From an uncultured Christensenellaceae bacterium (lineage in GTDB: Bacteria; Bacillota; Clostridia; Christensenellales; UBA1242): DNA of 64,000 bases. A program made the translations under genes and the position numbers. The notes below the pieces were generated by a model. That model was not told the DNA's origin and searched no databases. It saw only the letters and a list, made by a program, of their open reading frames with translations. The stretch spans positions 42,753-106,752 of the forward strand of contig CAJULT010000001.1 in assembly GCA_910587225.1 (NCBI GenBank), written 5' to 3'. Position 1 is the stretch's first letter, and each line of letters opens with the position of its first letter. Shown here piece by piece: positions 8,462 to 17,276 of this stretch.

Positions 8462-9235
8462 ATGGCGTCTAAAGTTTTTATTGCGGGTGTGGACACTTCC
8501 CGTTTGCCGAAGCTTACCAACGATGACATTGCTGCGCTTATGAAAAAAGTTAAACAGGGGGACGAGTATGCGCGCTCCTGCTTTGTGGTGGCAAACCTGA
8601 GGCTTGTACTATCTGTCGTTCATCGCTTTGGCGGGCGTGGTGACCGCGCTGACGATATGTTTCAGGTGGGGTGCGTCGGGCTTATGAAGGCAATCGACAA
8701 TTTTGATGAAAGCCTTAATGTTAAGTTTTCCACCTATGCGGTGCCTATGATTATAGGTGAAATTAGAAGATACCTCCGTGACAACAATTCGGTGCGGGTA
8801 TCAAGAAGTCTACGCGACATTGCGTATCGCGCCCTTCAAGCAAAAGACGAACTTTCTAAGGCAAGTTTTAAAGAACCCAGCCTTGACGAAATAGCCGAGG
8901 CAATTGGCGAGCCTTTAAAAACGGTTACTTTTGCACTTGACGCGATTAGTGAAACTGTGTCACTTAGCGAGCCAGTTTATAGTGACGGAACGGACACCAT
9001 TCATCTTCTCGACCAGATTGCAGATACCGCACAGACGGACGAGCGCTTGCATGAAAAGATTTCTATTGAGGACGCTATTAAAACACTTTCAAAGAGGGAA
9101 AAAGAAATTCTTCTAATGCGCTACTATATAGGTAAAACGCAAATGGAAGTGAGCGAGGAAATAGGTATAAGTCAGGCGCAGGTATCTAGGCTTGAAAAAA
9201 ATGCGCTTTCATCAATTAAACAATTTTTAGAGTAA
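8462..9235 (+). CDS. sigG: Sporulation sigma factor G
   Basis: Sigma-70 family protein located after sigE. ATG at 8462 after a GGAGG RBS. Confidence 0.9.
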   Translation: MASKVFIAGVDTSRLPKLTNDDIAALMKKVKQGDEYARSCFVVANLRLVLSVVHRFGGRGDRADDMFQVGCVGLMKAIDNFDESLNVKFSTYAVPMIIGEIRRYLRDNNSVRVSRSLRDIAYRALQAKDELSKASFKEPSLDEIAEAIGEPLKTVTFALDAISETVSLSEPVYSDGTDTIHLLDQIADTAQTDERLHEKISIEDAIKTLSKREKEILLMRYYIGKTQMEVSEEIGISQAQVSRLEKNALSSIKQFLE

Positions 9236-9274
9236 AGAGTAATTTTTTAGTGGCTTTTCGCATAACTATGCTAT

Positions 9275-9556
9275 GTGGAAACTTCATTTTTGGAATTACG
9301 TTGTAAAGAGGTTGTTAATGTCCTAGACGGGCGAAGGCTTGGGCATATTGTAGATATGGTGCTGGATTTGCCGTCAGGGCAGATGTTGGGTTTTGTAGTG
9401 CCGGGTGAAAAGACATTTTGGAATGTGTTTAAAGGCGGCTCACAGCTTTTTATTCCTTTTGGATGCATTGTAAAAATAGGGGAAGATACAATCTTAGTGC
9501 AGCTGGGCGGGCAAGCACCAAATCCGTATATCTTGTCTAACGACAATAAAAAATGA
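9275..9556 (+). CDS. ylmC: YlmC/YmxH-family sporulation protein (PRC-barrel)
   Basis: ELRCKEVVNVLDGRRLGHIVDMVLD is typical of the YlmC/YmxH family. Lies downstream of sigG. Confidence 0.8.
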   Translation: METSFLELRCKEVVNVLDGRRLGHIVDMVLDLPSGQMLGFVVPGEKTFWNVFKGGSQLFIPFGCIVKIGEDTILVQLGGQAPNPYILSNDNKK

Positions 9557-9612
9557 CGCTTGGGCGTCATTTTTTAGTGAATAGTGAAAAAGTGAAAGAG
9601 TGAAAAAGTTAA
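9548..9612. repeat. Direct repeat copy 1: bidirectional terminator hairpin plus a 4 x 8-bp AGTGAAnn array
   Basis: aaaaaatgacgcttgggcgtcatttttt followed by agtgaat agtgaaaa agtgaaag agtgaaaa agttaagg. Confidence 0.85.
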
Positions 9613-9629
9613 GGACAGCCGTTGGCTGT

Positions 9630-9866
9630 TTAAATTTCGGGACATATCAATTCGAGTATGTACTTGATAACTTGCTTTTGATTTTCAATCATAAAATCAA
9701 AGTCCAAAAAATCATAATCATGTAATGCGTGACGCTGTTCTTTATTCAACATATTACATAATTTTGAAAAACTTTTCTCTCGTTCGCTTAAACCTTCGCT
9801 ATCTTTCACATATCGTTCTTCATACGCTCGAAATAATAGTTCAGTCACTACATCTTTATTTTCCAT
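9630..9866 (-). CDS. Hypothetical small protein (78 aa)
   Basis: ATG at 9866 is preceded by AAGGAGGTGA. The longer ORF-track version begins inside the repeat. Confidence 0.65.
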   Translation of the reverse strand: MENKDVVTELLFRAYEERYVKDSEGLSEREKSFSKLCNMLNKEQRHALHDYDFLDFDFMIENQKQVIKYILELICPEI

Positions 9867-9954
9867 TTTATCACCTCCTTTGTTTGCATTATACATTTGT
9901 TTTTGAAGAAAAAAGCCGATATTCGTTATAAAGTATGAAAAATTTTTAGAAAAG

Positions 9955-10022
9955 AAAAAATGGCGCGTGGGCGTCATTTTTTTAATGAATAAATGAAAGA
10001 ATGAAACAATGAATAAATTAAG
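9955..10022. repeat. Direct repeat copy 2: terminator hairpin plus a 4 x 8-bp AATGAAnn array
   Basis: aaaaaatggcgcgtgggcgtcattttttt followed by aatgaata aatgaaag aatgaaac aatgaata aattaagg. Confidence 0.85.
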
Positions 10023-10069
10023 GTCGGGAAACGCCTAAAAACAGGCGAAGCTTAATAAAAGACGAAGTC

Positions 10070-10513
10070 TTACATTTCTTCGAGGAGTTTTTTGAAAGAG
10101 GTTATATCTTTGAATTGACGATAAACAGAGGCAAAGCGAACATATGCCACTTCGTCAAGGTCTTTAAGCGCGTTCATAACCATTTCGCCGATTTCATTTG
10201 AACGGATTTCCTGTTGCAATTTATTTTGAAGGTTTTTCTCAATCTCCATTGCCACAGTTTCGATTTGGCTAAGGCTTACTGGTCTTTTTTCACATGCTTT
10301 AATCATGCCGCCGATGATTTTGTTGCGGTCAAATGGTTGGCGCGCACCATCTGTTTTAACCACTAAGATAGGGGTGGTTTCAACTGTTTCATAAGTTGTA
10401 AAGCGGCGTCCGCAATGCAGACATTCGCGACGTCTTCTAATTGAATTGGTTTCGTCTGTGCTGCGAGAGTCCAGCACTTTACTTTCTTCACATCCACAAT
10501 AAATACATTTCAT
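10070..10513 (-). CDS. nrdR: Transcriptional repressor NrdR
   Basis: MKCIYCG...SKVLDSR...[17 protein letters not shown] zinc ribbon plus an ATP-cone. ATG at 10513 after an AGGAGAA RBS. Confidence 0.92.
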   Translation of the reverse strand: MKCIYCGCEESKVLDSRSTDETNSIRRRRECLHCGRRFTTYETVETTPILVVKTDGARQPFDRNKIIGGMIKACEKRPVSLSQIETVAMEIEKNLQNKLQQEIRSNEIGEMVMNALKDLDEVAYVRFASVYRQFKDITSFKKLLEEM

Positions 10514-10616
10514 AGGTTTTCTCCTTATAGCGTCATTATAACAAAAAAAAATTACTTTTCCAAGCAATTTTTTATCTTTTGTCATGATAAACAAATCTTG
10601 TCCATATTTTTATATC

Positions 10617-10847
10617 ATGAAAAACCTATTAGATTGTAAGTTTAATCGTGAATATGTTGTCAAGGACATTGACAAAAATTTGCCGCTAAAAGTAAGAAGG
10701 CGGCTACTCGAACTGGGCTTTACAAATGGAACTCTGGTTACGCTTGTGCGTTCAAGTAGTCTTAAAAAGGCGTACCTTATAACGCTGCGCGGTTACACAC
10801 TTTCTTTGAGGGCGGATCTTGCTAGGGCGGTGATTATAGATGATTAA
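10617..10847 (+). CDS. feoA: Ferrous iron transport protein A
   Basis: Small FeoA-like protein whose end overlaps the feoB start. Confidence 0.8.
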   Translation: MKNLLDCKFNREYVVKDIDKNLPLKVRRRLLELGFTNGTLVTLVRSSSLKKAYLITLRGYTLSLRADLARAVIIDD

Positions 10848-12930
10848 AGTAAATTTAGTTGGAAATCCTAACACTGGAAAAACCACTCTATTTAATCTGC
10901 TTACCGGCGCACATGAGCATGTAGGCAACTGGCATGGAGTGACGGTAGAGGAAAAGGTTTCTCGTTACAAATTCAAAAACGAGGAGATTGAGCTTTGTGA
11001 CCTTCCCGGACTTTATTCACTGACGCCGCTAAGCTATGAGGAAGAAGTCGCCGCAGATTTCATTTTAAAAAATCCCGATAGGCTTATTGTCAACATCTGC
11101 GACCAGAGCAATTTGCAGCGGAATTTATACCTTACCCTTTCTCTTTTGGAAAGGGGGTGCAAGGTTATCTTGGCGGTAAATCAAATTGAAAAAAGACCGC
11201 TATGCAAAATTGACTATGGGAAACTTTCTCAGCTTTTAGGCATTCCTGTTGTTGCAATCAACGCAGAGCGAAAGGAGGACGGGGAAAAGCTTAACCAAAA
11301 GATTTTGGGGTTTAAAGGGGGAACGAAATATAATCTTCCCTATCTTAACAAACTCCACCTTAATGAAATTCCAAAAGTTTCGGATGAGGCGAGTGATTTT
11401 TATAAAATAAAGCTACTCGAAGGGGATGAAAAGATTTGCGCTAAGTTTTCATCAAGTATTGCTCCGCAACCTGAAAAGGTGGCAGATGCTAGGTATGACT
11501 ATATCGATCAAATTATGAAGCTTGTCAGCGGCAAGCGGGAGCGGGTTTACGGACAAAGTAAGTTTGATAAAATTCTTATGAACAGGTTTTTGGCATTTCC
11601 TATCTTTTTAGGGATGCTTGCACTAGTATTTTATTTAACCTTCTTTTCTTTTGGGGCGTGGCTTAGTGACCTGATGAGCTGGCTGCTTGAAACATGCATT
11701 GGACAGCCGATATTAAATCTTTTAACTTCTCATCTGGGGCAGTCAAGTTGGGTTTGCGGACTTTTTGAAACGGCGGTTATTGGCGGGGTGGGTTCAATTC
11801 TCAGTTTCCTGCCGCAAGTGGCGCTTCTGTTTTTCTTCCTTTCAATACTAGAAGATAGTGGTTATCTTGCCCGTGTCGCTTTCGCGATTGAAGATATACT
11901 TGGCAAGGTTGGGCTTTCAGGAAAGAGTGTCTATACACTTTTAATGGGGTTTGGCTGCTCGACAACTGCGGTACTTACCGCTCGTAACATGGAAGACAAG
12001 AATGCCAAAATAAAAACTGGACTTTTGACGCCGTATATGAGTTGCAGTGCAAAGTTTCCTATTTACTCTGTGCTAGGTGGGGCGTTCTTCGGTGCGAGCA
12101 ATATTCTAGTTATTTTAGGGTTATATCTTTTAGGCGTTGTAGTCGCGCTTATTATCAGCTTAATTTTTGAAAAGACGGTTTTAAAGAGCAAAGAGCAGAA
12201 CTTTATTCTTGAATTTCCTCCATATCATGCAATGAGTGCAAAGCGTGTGGCGAGAGTTTTATTTGACAATGTTAAGTCCTTTGTATTGCGAGTAGGCTCG
12301 CTGATTGTAGCCATGAATGTTATAGTTTGGGTGCTTGGCAATTTTACTTTTACCTTTAAATACATTCCGTCAAGTGGTGGAGTGAGCATACTTGAAACTT
12401 TGGGAAAAATATTTGCGCCTATATTTATTCCGCTTGGTTTTGGCAGCTGGGCGCCAGTATCTGCCTTGCTTGCTGGGCTGGTTGCAAAAGAGGTTATCAT
12501 ATCTTCCCTTGCTATGTTTAACGGAGCAAGCGATGCGGGAGCGGGAGCTATTGCAAATTCCTTTCACGACCCGGCAAGCGCCGCCTATTTTGCGTCGGGT
12601 GCGAGCGTAATAAGCTATCTTGTTTTCTGCCTTTTATACTTTCCTTGTCTTGCAACCACATCTGTTCTTTCAAAAGAGATAGGCAGAAAGTGGACGGCTA
12701 TTGGAATTATAGTCGAGCTTATCGTTGCATATATCACCGCATGGGTGGTTTATACGCTTGCTCGCACTATTGAAAGTTTTGGAGCGATGAAAGTGCTATT
12801 AACGCTTTTAGGGATTTTCGTGATAATCCTTTCAGTTATTTTTGTGTGGAGGCGTCTTAAAAAGAAAAAAGCTTGTCCTTTTTCGTCAAAATGTAAGAAA
12901 AATTGCGCGAAAGCCAAAAAAGAAAAATAA
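10840..12930 (+). CDS. feoB: Ferrous iron transporter FeoB
   Basis: N-terminal G-domain GNPNTGKTTLFN and a polytopic membrane domain. Has a Cys/Lys-rich C-terminal tail. Confidence 0.92.
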   Translation: MIKVNLVGNPNTGKTTLFNLLTGAHEHVGNWHGVTVEEKVSRYKFKNEEIELCDLPGLYSLTPLSYEEEVAADFILKNPDRLIVNICDQSNLQRNLYLTLSLLERGCKVILAVNQIEKRPLCKIDYGKLSQLLGIPVVAINAERKEDGEKLNQKILGFKGGTKYNLPYLNKLHLNEIPKVSDEASDFYKIKLLEGDEKICAKFSSSIAPQPEKVADARYDYIDQIMKLVSGKRERVYGQSKFDKILMNRFLAFPIFLGMLALVFYLTFFSFGAWLSDLMSWLLETCIGQPILNLLTSHLGQSSWVCGLFETAVIGGVGSILSFLPQVALLFFFLSILEDSGYLARVAFAIEDILGKVGLSGKSVYTLLMGFGCSTTAVLTARNMEDKNAKIKTGLLTPYMSCSAKFPIYSVLGGAFFGASNILVILGLYLLGVVVALIISLIFEKTVLKSKEQNFILEFPPYHAMSAKRVARVLFDNVKSFVLRVGSLIVAMNVIVWVLGNFTFTFKYIPSSGGVSILETLGKIFAPIFIPLGFGSWAPVSALLAGLVAKEVIISSLAMFNGASDAGAGAIANSFHDPASAAYFASGASVISYLVFCLLYFPCLATTSVLSKEIGRKWTAIGIIVELIVAYITAWVVYTLARTIESFGAMKVLLTLLGIFVIILSVIFVWRRLKKKKACPFSSKCKKNCAKAKKEK

Positions 12931-12984
12931 ATTAAGGTTTTTCAATTGTAATTAAAAGCAAAATGTGTTAATCTATAACTAGAT

Positions 12985-14298
12985 ATGTACAGACCTATTG
13001 TCGCAGTTGTTGGTCGTCCTAATGTTGGCAAAAGCACCTTCTTTAACAAAATCTGCGGAAAGCGAATCAGTATTGTAGATGACACGCCGGGCGTTACGCG
13101 CGACCGCATTTATGCTGACGCAAGTTGGGCGGGAAAGGATTTTACACTTATTGATACTGGTGGGCTTGACCCGAAAAGTGAAGATATTTTCCAAAGTGAA
13201 ATTAAGTTTCAAGCCGAAGAAGCCATTAAAGCAAGCGATGTAATTGTATTTTTGGTGGACGGCAGAGCTGGCGTTACTGCAAGTGATGAAGAGGTTGCTA
13301 ATCTCTTAAAGCGCTCCAAAACGCCGGTAGTTTTAGTTGTAAACAAACTTGATAATTTTGAAGTTGAAAACACTTATGAGTTTTATAGTTTAGGGCTTGG
13401 CGAGCCTATGCCTCTTTCCTGCATGCAAAGTAAGGGAATTGGTGACGTGCTAGATGCGATTATTTCTCGCTTTCCAAAAAGACAGCAAGGGGAAGAGGAA
13501 ACAGGTGCAACTAAGGTTGCGATTGTTGGTCGTCCTAATGTTGGCAAATCAAGTCTTGTAAACAGGCTTTTGGGGCAAAACAGAGTTGTGGTAAGTAGCG
13601 TTGAGGGAACAACACGTGATGCAGTACTCGTTCCTTTCAAGGCGCATGGGAAGGACTATGCGCTCGTTGACACGGCGGGACTGCGTAGAAAGCGTGGTGT
13701 TGAGAACCAGTCTATTGAAGGTTACAGCGTTCTTCGCACCATGAGCGCGATTGAAGAGGCAGATGTAGCCATGATTGTCTTTGACGCGAGTGAGGGCAGG
13801 CTTACTGAGCAGGATGTACGAATTGCAGGTTATGTGCATGAAGCGGGCAAGCCAAGTGTTATTGTGGTTAACAAGTGGGACCAAAAGAAGATGACCAAAG
13901 ATGAATACAAAGCTATGCTTGATCGCGAGCTTGCTTTTATGGACTACTATGAGGCAATATTTGTTTCGGCGCTGACTGGTGCAAGTGTGGGACAGATTAT
14001 GGAGAAAGTCGAGATGTCGGTAGAAAATAGCCGCAAGCGCATTACCACTGGGCTTTTAAATGACCTACTTCATGATGCTATTCTCAATTTTGAGCCGCCA
14101 GCACATGCGGGCAGACGAGCTAAAATTCAGTATATTACTGAGGCGGATATTTGTCCTCCAACTTTTGTGCTTTTTGTAAATGATCCGAAACTTATTAATG
14201 TTTCATACATACGTTATCTTGAAAACAGATTTCGCGAAAAGGTGGATTTTAGAGGAACACCTATAAAAATCCTAATAAAAGGTAGGGGGGAAGAATGA
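12985..14298 (+). CDS. der: Ribosome-associated GTPase Der/EngA
   Basis: Two tandem G domains (GRPNVGKST twice) and a KH-like C terminus. Confidence 0.93.
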   Translation: MYRPIVAVVGRPNVGKSTFFNKICGKRISIVDDTPGVTRDRIYADASWAGKDFTLIDTGGLDPKSEDIFQSEIKFQAEEAIKASDVIVFLVDGRAGVTASDEEVANLLKRSKTPVVLVVNKLDNFEVENTYEFYSLGLGEPMPLSCMQSKGIGDVLDAIISRFPKRQQGEEETGATKVAIVGRPNVGKSSLVNRLLGQNRVVVSSVEGTTRDAVLVPFKAHGKDYALVDTAGLRRKRGVENQSIEGYSVLRTMSAIEEADVAMIVFDASEGRLTEQDVRIAGYVHEAGKPSVIVVNKWDQKKMTKDEYKAMLDRELAFMDYYEAIFVSALTGASVGQIMEKVEMSVENSRKRITTGLLNDLLHDAILNFEPPAHAGRRAKIQYITEADICPPTFVLFVNDPKLINVSYIRYLENRFREKVDFRGTPIKILIKGRGEE

Positions 14299-15047
14299 TT
14301 AAAGTTTTAATTTTTACTGCAATTGCAATCGTATCCTATCTTGTAGGGAATATTAACTTTGCGAAAATAATCTCTTGGCACAGACATAGAAAAGATATTA
14401 CAAAGCTTGGTAGTGGCAATCCCGGAACAATGAACATGATGCGTAACTTTGGTTTGGGCGTGGCGCTTGTTACCGTACTTTTGGAGTTTGCTAAGACCAT
14501 TCTTTGCTGCGTGGTAAGTGGTCTTATCATGAAAGGGGATGGACTTTATAACTTCGCTTACTTTTTCGCGGGAGCGTTTGTAGTGCTCGGTTCGGTCTTT
14601 CCTATCGGTACGAAAGGTGGTAAAGGGCTTGCCTGCCTTGCGGGCGTATTTATGTGCAGTCCGCTTTGGTATGTAGGGCTTGGATTATTTGTACTTGGCT
14701 TTGTAGTTTTGTATTTTGTGGATTTCGCTTTTGTACCAACCCTTTCTTTCTGCATACTTATGACAATCGGGCTGACCATTTATTTCTCACTTGTGCGAGT
14801 AACATATTTCTGGGCAATAATAGTGATAATTTGGCTTTTGCTATTTCTTATTATTTTTCAGCATAGAGGCAATATTAAGCGCTTTATTCGCAAGGAAGAA
14901 AAGAAACTGGGCTTTCCTCAAATGGTGAAAAAGTTATTTAAAAAGCAAAAGGGCGTTGAGCAGATTGACGAGGATAAGGTAGACACTCCGCCAGAGGCAG
15001 AAATCGTAATTGACGAAAATGATAAAAATCAAAATCAAAATTCTTAA
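14295..15047 (+). CDS. plsY: Glycerol-3-phosphate acyltransferase PlsY with a hydrophilic C-terminal extension
   Basis: GSGNPGTMN motif, multi-TM, in der-plsY synteny. A tail of roughly 50 aa is charged and Asn/Gln-rich. Confidence 0.85.
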   Translation: MIKVLIFTAIAIVSYLVGNINFAKIISWHRHRKDITKLGSGNPGTMNMMRNFGLGVALVTVLLEFAKTILCCVVSGLIMKGDGLYNFAYFFAGAFVVLGSVFPIGTKGGKGLACLAGVFMCSPLWYVGLGLFVLGFVVLYFVDFAFVPTLSFCILMTIGLTIYFSLVRVTYFWAIIVIIWLLLFLIIFQHRGNIKRFIRKEEKKLGFPQMVKKLFKKQKGVEQIDEDKVDTPPEAEIVIDENDKNQNQNS

Positions 15048-15053
15048 AATATA

Positions 15054-15082
15054 GCATAAAAACTAAACCTCCACCATAGATT
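15054..15082 (+). promoter_or_regulatory. Sigma-E-like promoter candidate for spoIVA
   Basis: GCATAAA-14 nt-CATAGATT compared with the remembered sigma-E consensus ZHATAxx-14-CATACAHT. Confidence 0.45.
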
Positions 15083-15106
15083 AGTGTATCACGTGGAGGT
15101 TATTTT

Positions 15107-16582
15107 ATGGAAAAATATGAAATCTATGATGATATTAAATCCAGAACAGGCGGCGATATATATGTCGGAGTGGTAGGCCCAGTACGCGTTGGAAAGTCTA
15201 CCTTTATTACCGAATTTATGAAAAAGCTTGTTCTTCCAAATATCACCGAGAAAAATGCAAAAGAAAGAACTGTTGATGAGCTTCCTCAATCAGCAGACGG
15301 AAAAACTATCATGACTACTCAGCCGCATTTTGTGCCAAACGAGGCGGTAAAAATCAAGGTTGCTAACGCGGACATGAGAGTAAGAATGATTGACTGCGTT
15401 GGGTATCTTGTAAGCGGCGTTATGGGACATACCGAAAACGAGAAACCACGCCTTGTTAAAACTCCTTGGTCTGAAAAGGAAATGCCTTTTGAAGAGGCGG
15501 CGGAACTTGGCACTAAAAAGGTAATGCAGGAACATTCAACTGTTGGCCTTGTAGTGACAACTGACGGTAGCGTTACCGAGCTTGCAAGAGCAAACTATGT
15601 GGAAGCTGAGGAGAGAGTTGTAGCAGAAATGAAGGCGACAGGCAAACCATTTGTTATGGTGCTTAACACTAAAAACCCAAGCTCTGCTGAAACTAAGAAA
15701 CTAGCAAATGGGCTTAGTGATAAGTACGATGTGCCAGTAGTTGCAGTTGACGCGCTTGACCTTAAAGAAGGGGATATTGACAAGATATTTGAAAAAATGC
15801 TTGGCGAGTTTCCTATTCAATCTATTCGCGTTAAAATGCCAGAGTGGCTTAGAGCGCTTTCTTATGATGATGAGATTATCACCGAAATTGCAAACGAAAT
15901 GCGCAAAATGGGAAGCTCAATCACAAAGTTAAGTCAAATGGACAAAAATCAGTTGGCTTTTACCGAAAGTGCAGCGTTTGACCCTATCACTTTCTCTAAT
16001 ATTGAACTTGGCGAAGGTATCGTTAAATTCAATGTAATACCAAAGGATGACTTATTCTATCGCGTGCTTAGCAAAGAGTGCGGTTATGAAATTAAAGATG
16101 ACTACTGCCTTGTAAACTATATTAAAGAGCTTGCAATTGCTAAACTCGAATATGACAAAATTAAGTTTGCGCTTGACCAAGTTAAAGAAACTGGCTATGG
16201 CATTGTTGAGCCTCGTCGCGAAGAGTTTGTACTTGGTGAACCTGAAATTATCAAGCAGGGTAGCCGTTTCGGCGTTAAGCTTAAAGCGTCAGCACCATCT
16301 CTTCACATTATGCGTGTAGATGTTGATACTGAGGTTACTCCACTTGTGGGAACTGAAACTCAAAGCCAAGACCTTGCTAAAAATCTTATGGAACAGTTTG
16401 AGGCTAACCCTGAAACTATCTGGAACACAAATATTCTCGGTCGCAGCCTAGACAGCCTTATCGGCGACAATATTGCGTCTAAGATAGTTATGATGCCTGT
16501 TGAGGCACAAAACAAGATGCGCAAAACTTTGGGCAGAATTATTAACGAGGGGAAAGGCGGAGTAATATGTATATTACTATGA
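15107..16582 (+). CDS. spoIVA: Stage IV sporulation protein A (spore coat morphogenetic ATPase)
   Basis: N-terminal Walker A VGPVRVGKSTFI and 491 aa length. The SpoIVA-like sequence runs throughout. Confidence 0.93.
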   Translation: MEKYEIYDDIKSRTGGDIYVGVVGPVRVGKSTFITEFMKKLVLPNITEKNAKERTVDELPQSADGKTIMTTQPHFVPNEAVKIKVANADMRVRMIDCVGYLVSGVMGHTENEKPRLVKTPWSEKEMPFEEAAELGTKKVMQEHSTVGLVVTTDGSVTELARANYVEAEERVVAEMKATGKPFVMVLNTKNPSSAETKKLANGLSDKYDVPVVAVDALDLKEGDIDKIFEKMLGEFPIQSIRVKMPEWLRALSYDDEIITEIANEMRKMGSSITKLSQMDKNQLAFTESAAFDPITFSNIELGEGIVKFNVIPKDDLFYRVLSKECGYEIKDDYCLVNYIKELAIAKLEYDKIKFALDQVKETGYGIVEPRREEFVLGEPEIIKQGSRFGVKLKASAPSLHIMRVDVDTEVTPLVGTETQSQDLAKNLMEQFEANPETIWNTNILGRSLDSLIGDNIASKIVMMPVEAQNKMRKTLGRIINEGKGGVICILL

Positions 16583-16583
16583 T

Positions 16584-16758
16584 GCGGGCGGCAACTAGGA
16601 TTTTTTAACGCCAGTACGCCTTGCGGCTAGTGGCTAAAATCCGTTTCCCCCACATGCCCCTTTTAGCCCCCTTGAAAATTTCGTACCGACAATTTTCTGG
16701 CGGGGAGAGGTGTTCAACAAATTTTATAGCCGCGCAAAGCGCTTCCCCTATAAAATTT
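16584..16758 (+). repeat. Structured intergenic element, copy A (candidate ncRNA or 3' UTR element)
   Basis: Aligns over about 175 nt with 41794-41968. It has four helices, three of which carry compensatory changes between the copies. Confidence 0.8.
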
Positions 16759-16776
16759 ATTGACTTAATAAAAAAT

Positions 16777-16802
16777 AAAAGCAGCCATGAGGCTGCTTTT
16801 TT
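16777..16802. terminator. Bidirectional intrinsic terminator
   Basis: AGCAGCC-atga-GGCTGCT flanked by A and T runs. Confidence 0.7.
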
Positions 16803-16947
16803 ATCGCTGAAAAATAATAAGTTGAAATAAAGTATCATTTTTATTTTTGATTAAGAAATAGTTTGGAAATCTTTCAGCATTTTTTAATAAATTTTCTTCT
16901 GTAAGTACATTTAAATATTCTGTCAAAAATTCCATGATTTCGTTCAT
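16801..16947 (-). CDS. Hypothetical 48-aa protein divergent from the XRE regulator
   Basis: ATG at 16947 is preceded by GGAGGTAAAAAT. No recognisable family. Confidence 0.45.
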   Translation of the reverse strand: MNEIMEFLTEYLNVLTEENLLKNAERFPNYFLIKNKNDTLFQLIIFQR

Positions 16948-16973
16948 ATTTTTACCTCCGACACTATTATTCC

Positions 16974-17019
16974 ATGCCTGTGGGCATAATTGCAAATAAT
17001 TTATGCCTTTTGGTATAAA
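16974..17019. promoter_or_regulatory. Two palindromic operator candidates overlapping the xre promoter
   Basis: ATGCCTGTGGGCAT (16974-16987) and ATGCCTTTTGGTAT (17003-17016). The promoter is TTGCAA-18-TATAAA with TGG upstream. Confidence 0.45.
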
Positions 17020-17044
17020 CTTTTTTCGCATAAAGGAGAGAAAT

Positions 17045-17248
17045 ATGAGTAAATTTGCAGAAAGAGTTAAAGAATTACGAGTTGAGAAAGGGTTGTCGCA
17101 AGCGGAACTAGCAAAAGCAATAGGTGTAACTCAATCAATAGTTGCTAGATGGGAGGCTGATTTGCGTATACCTAAAATGGATAGCATTATTGCTTTGACA
17201 GAGTTTTTCAAAATTTCTAGTGATTACTTGATAGGTATTGTTGATTAA
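17045..17248 (+). CDS. XRE-family helix-turn-helix transcriptional regulator (67 aa)
   Basis: LRVEKGLSQAELAKAIGVTQSIVARWE is a canonical HTH_3 sequence. ATG at 17045 after an AAGGAGAG RBS. Confidence 0.85.
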   Translation: MSKFAERVKELRVEKGLSQAELAKAIGVTQSIVARWEADLRIPKMDSIIALTEFFKISSDYLIGIVD

Positions 17249-17276
17249 AAAAAGAAGGCAGTTGCCTTCTTTTTTA
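17247..17276. terminator. Bidirectional terminator between convergent genes
   Basis: aaaaaaAGAAGGCagttGCCTTCTttttt. Confidence 0.7.

Noticed and set aside
9577-10018. The 8-bp tandem units (AGTGAAnn and AATGAAnn) considered as a possible CRISPR or iteron array.
   Set aside because: The units are 8 bp with no spacers, there are only four per array, and no cas or rep genes are nearby. This is not a CRISPR array. The iteron idea is kept only as a weak alternative within the direct-repeat finding.
10514-10616. A Fur box in the nrdR/feoA divergent region (TGATAAACAAATCTT).
   Set aside because: Only the left half-site resembles the 7-1-7 TGATAAT-N-ATTATCA consensus. The right half matches poorly, so the evidence is insufficient.
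16605-16838. ORFs of 77 aa (minus) and 69 aa (plus) spanning the spoIVA downstream region.
   Set aside because: The region is the structured repeat. The second copy (41794-41968) differs by indels and paired substitutions that preserve helices rather than a reading frame. Neither ORF has an RBS.
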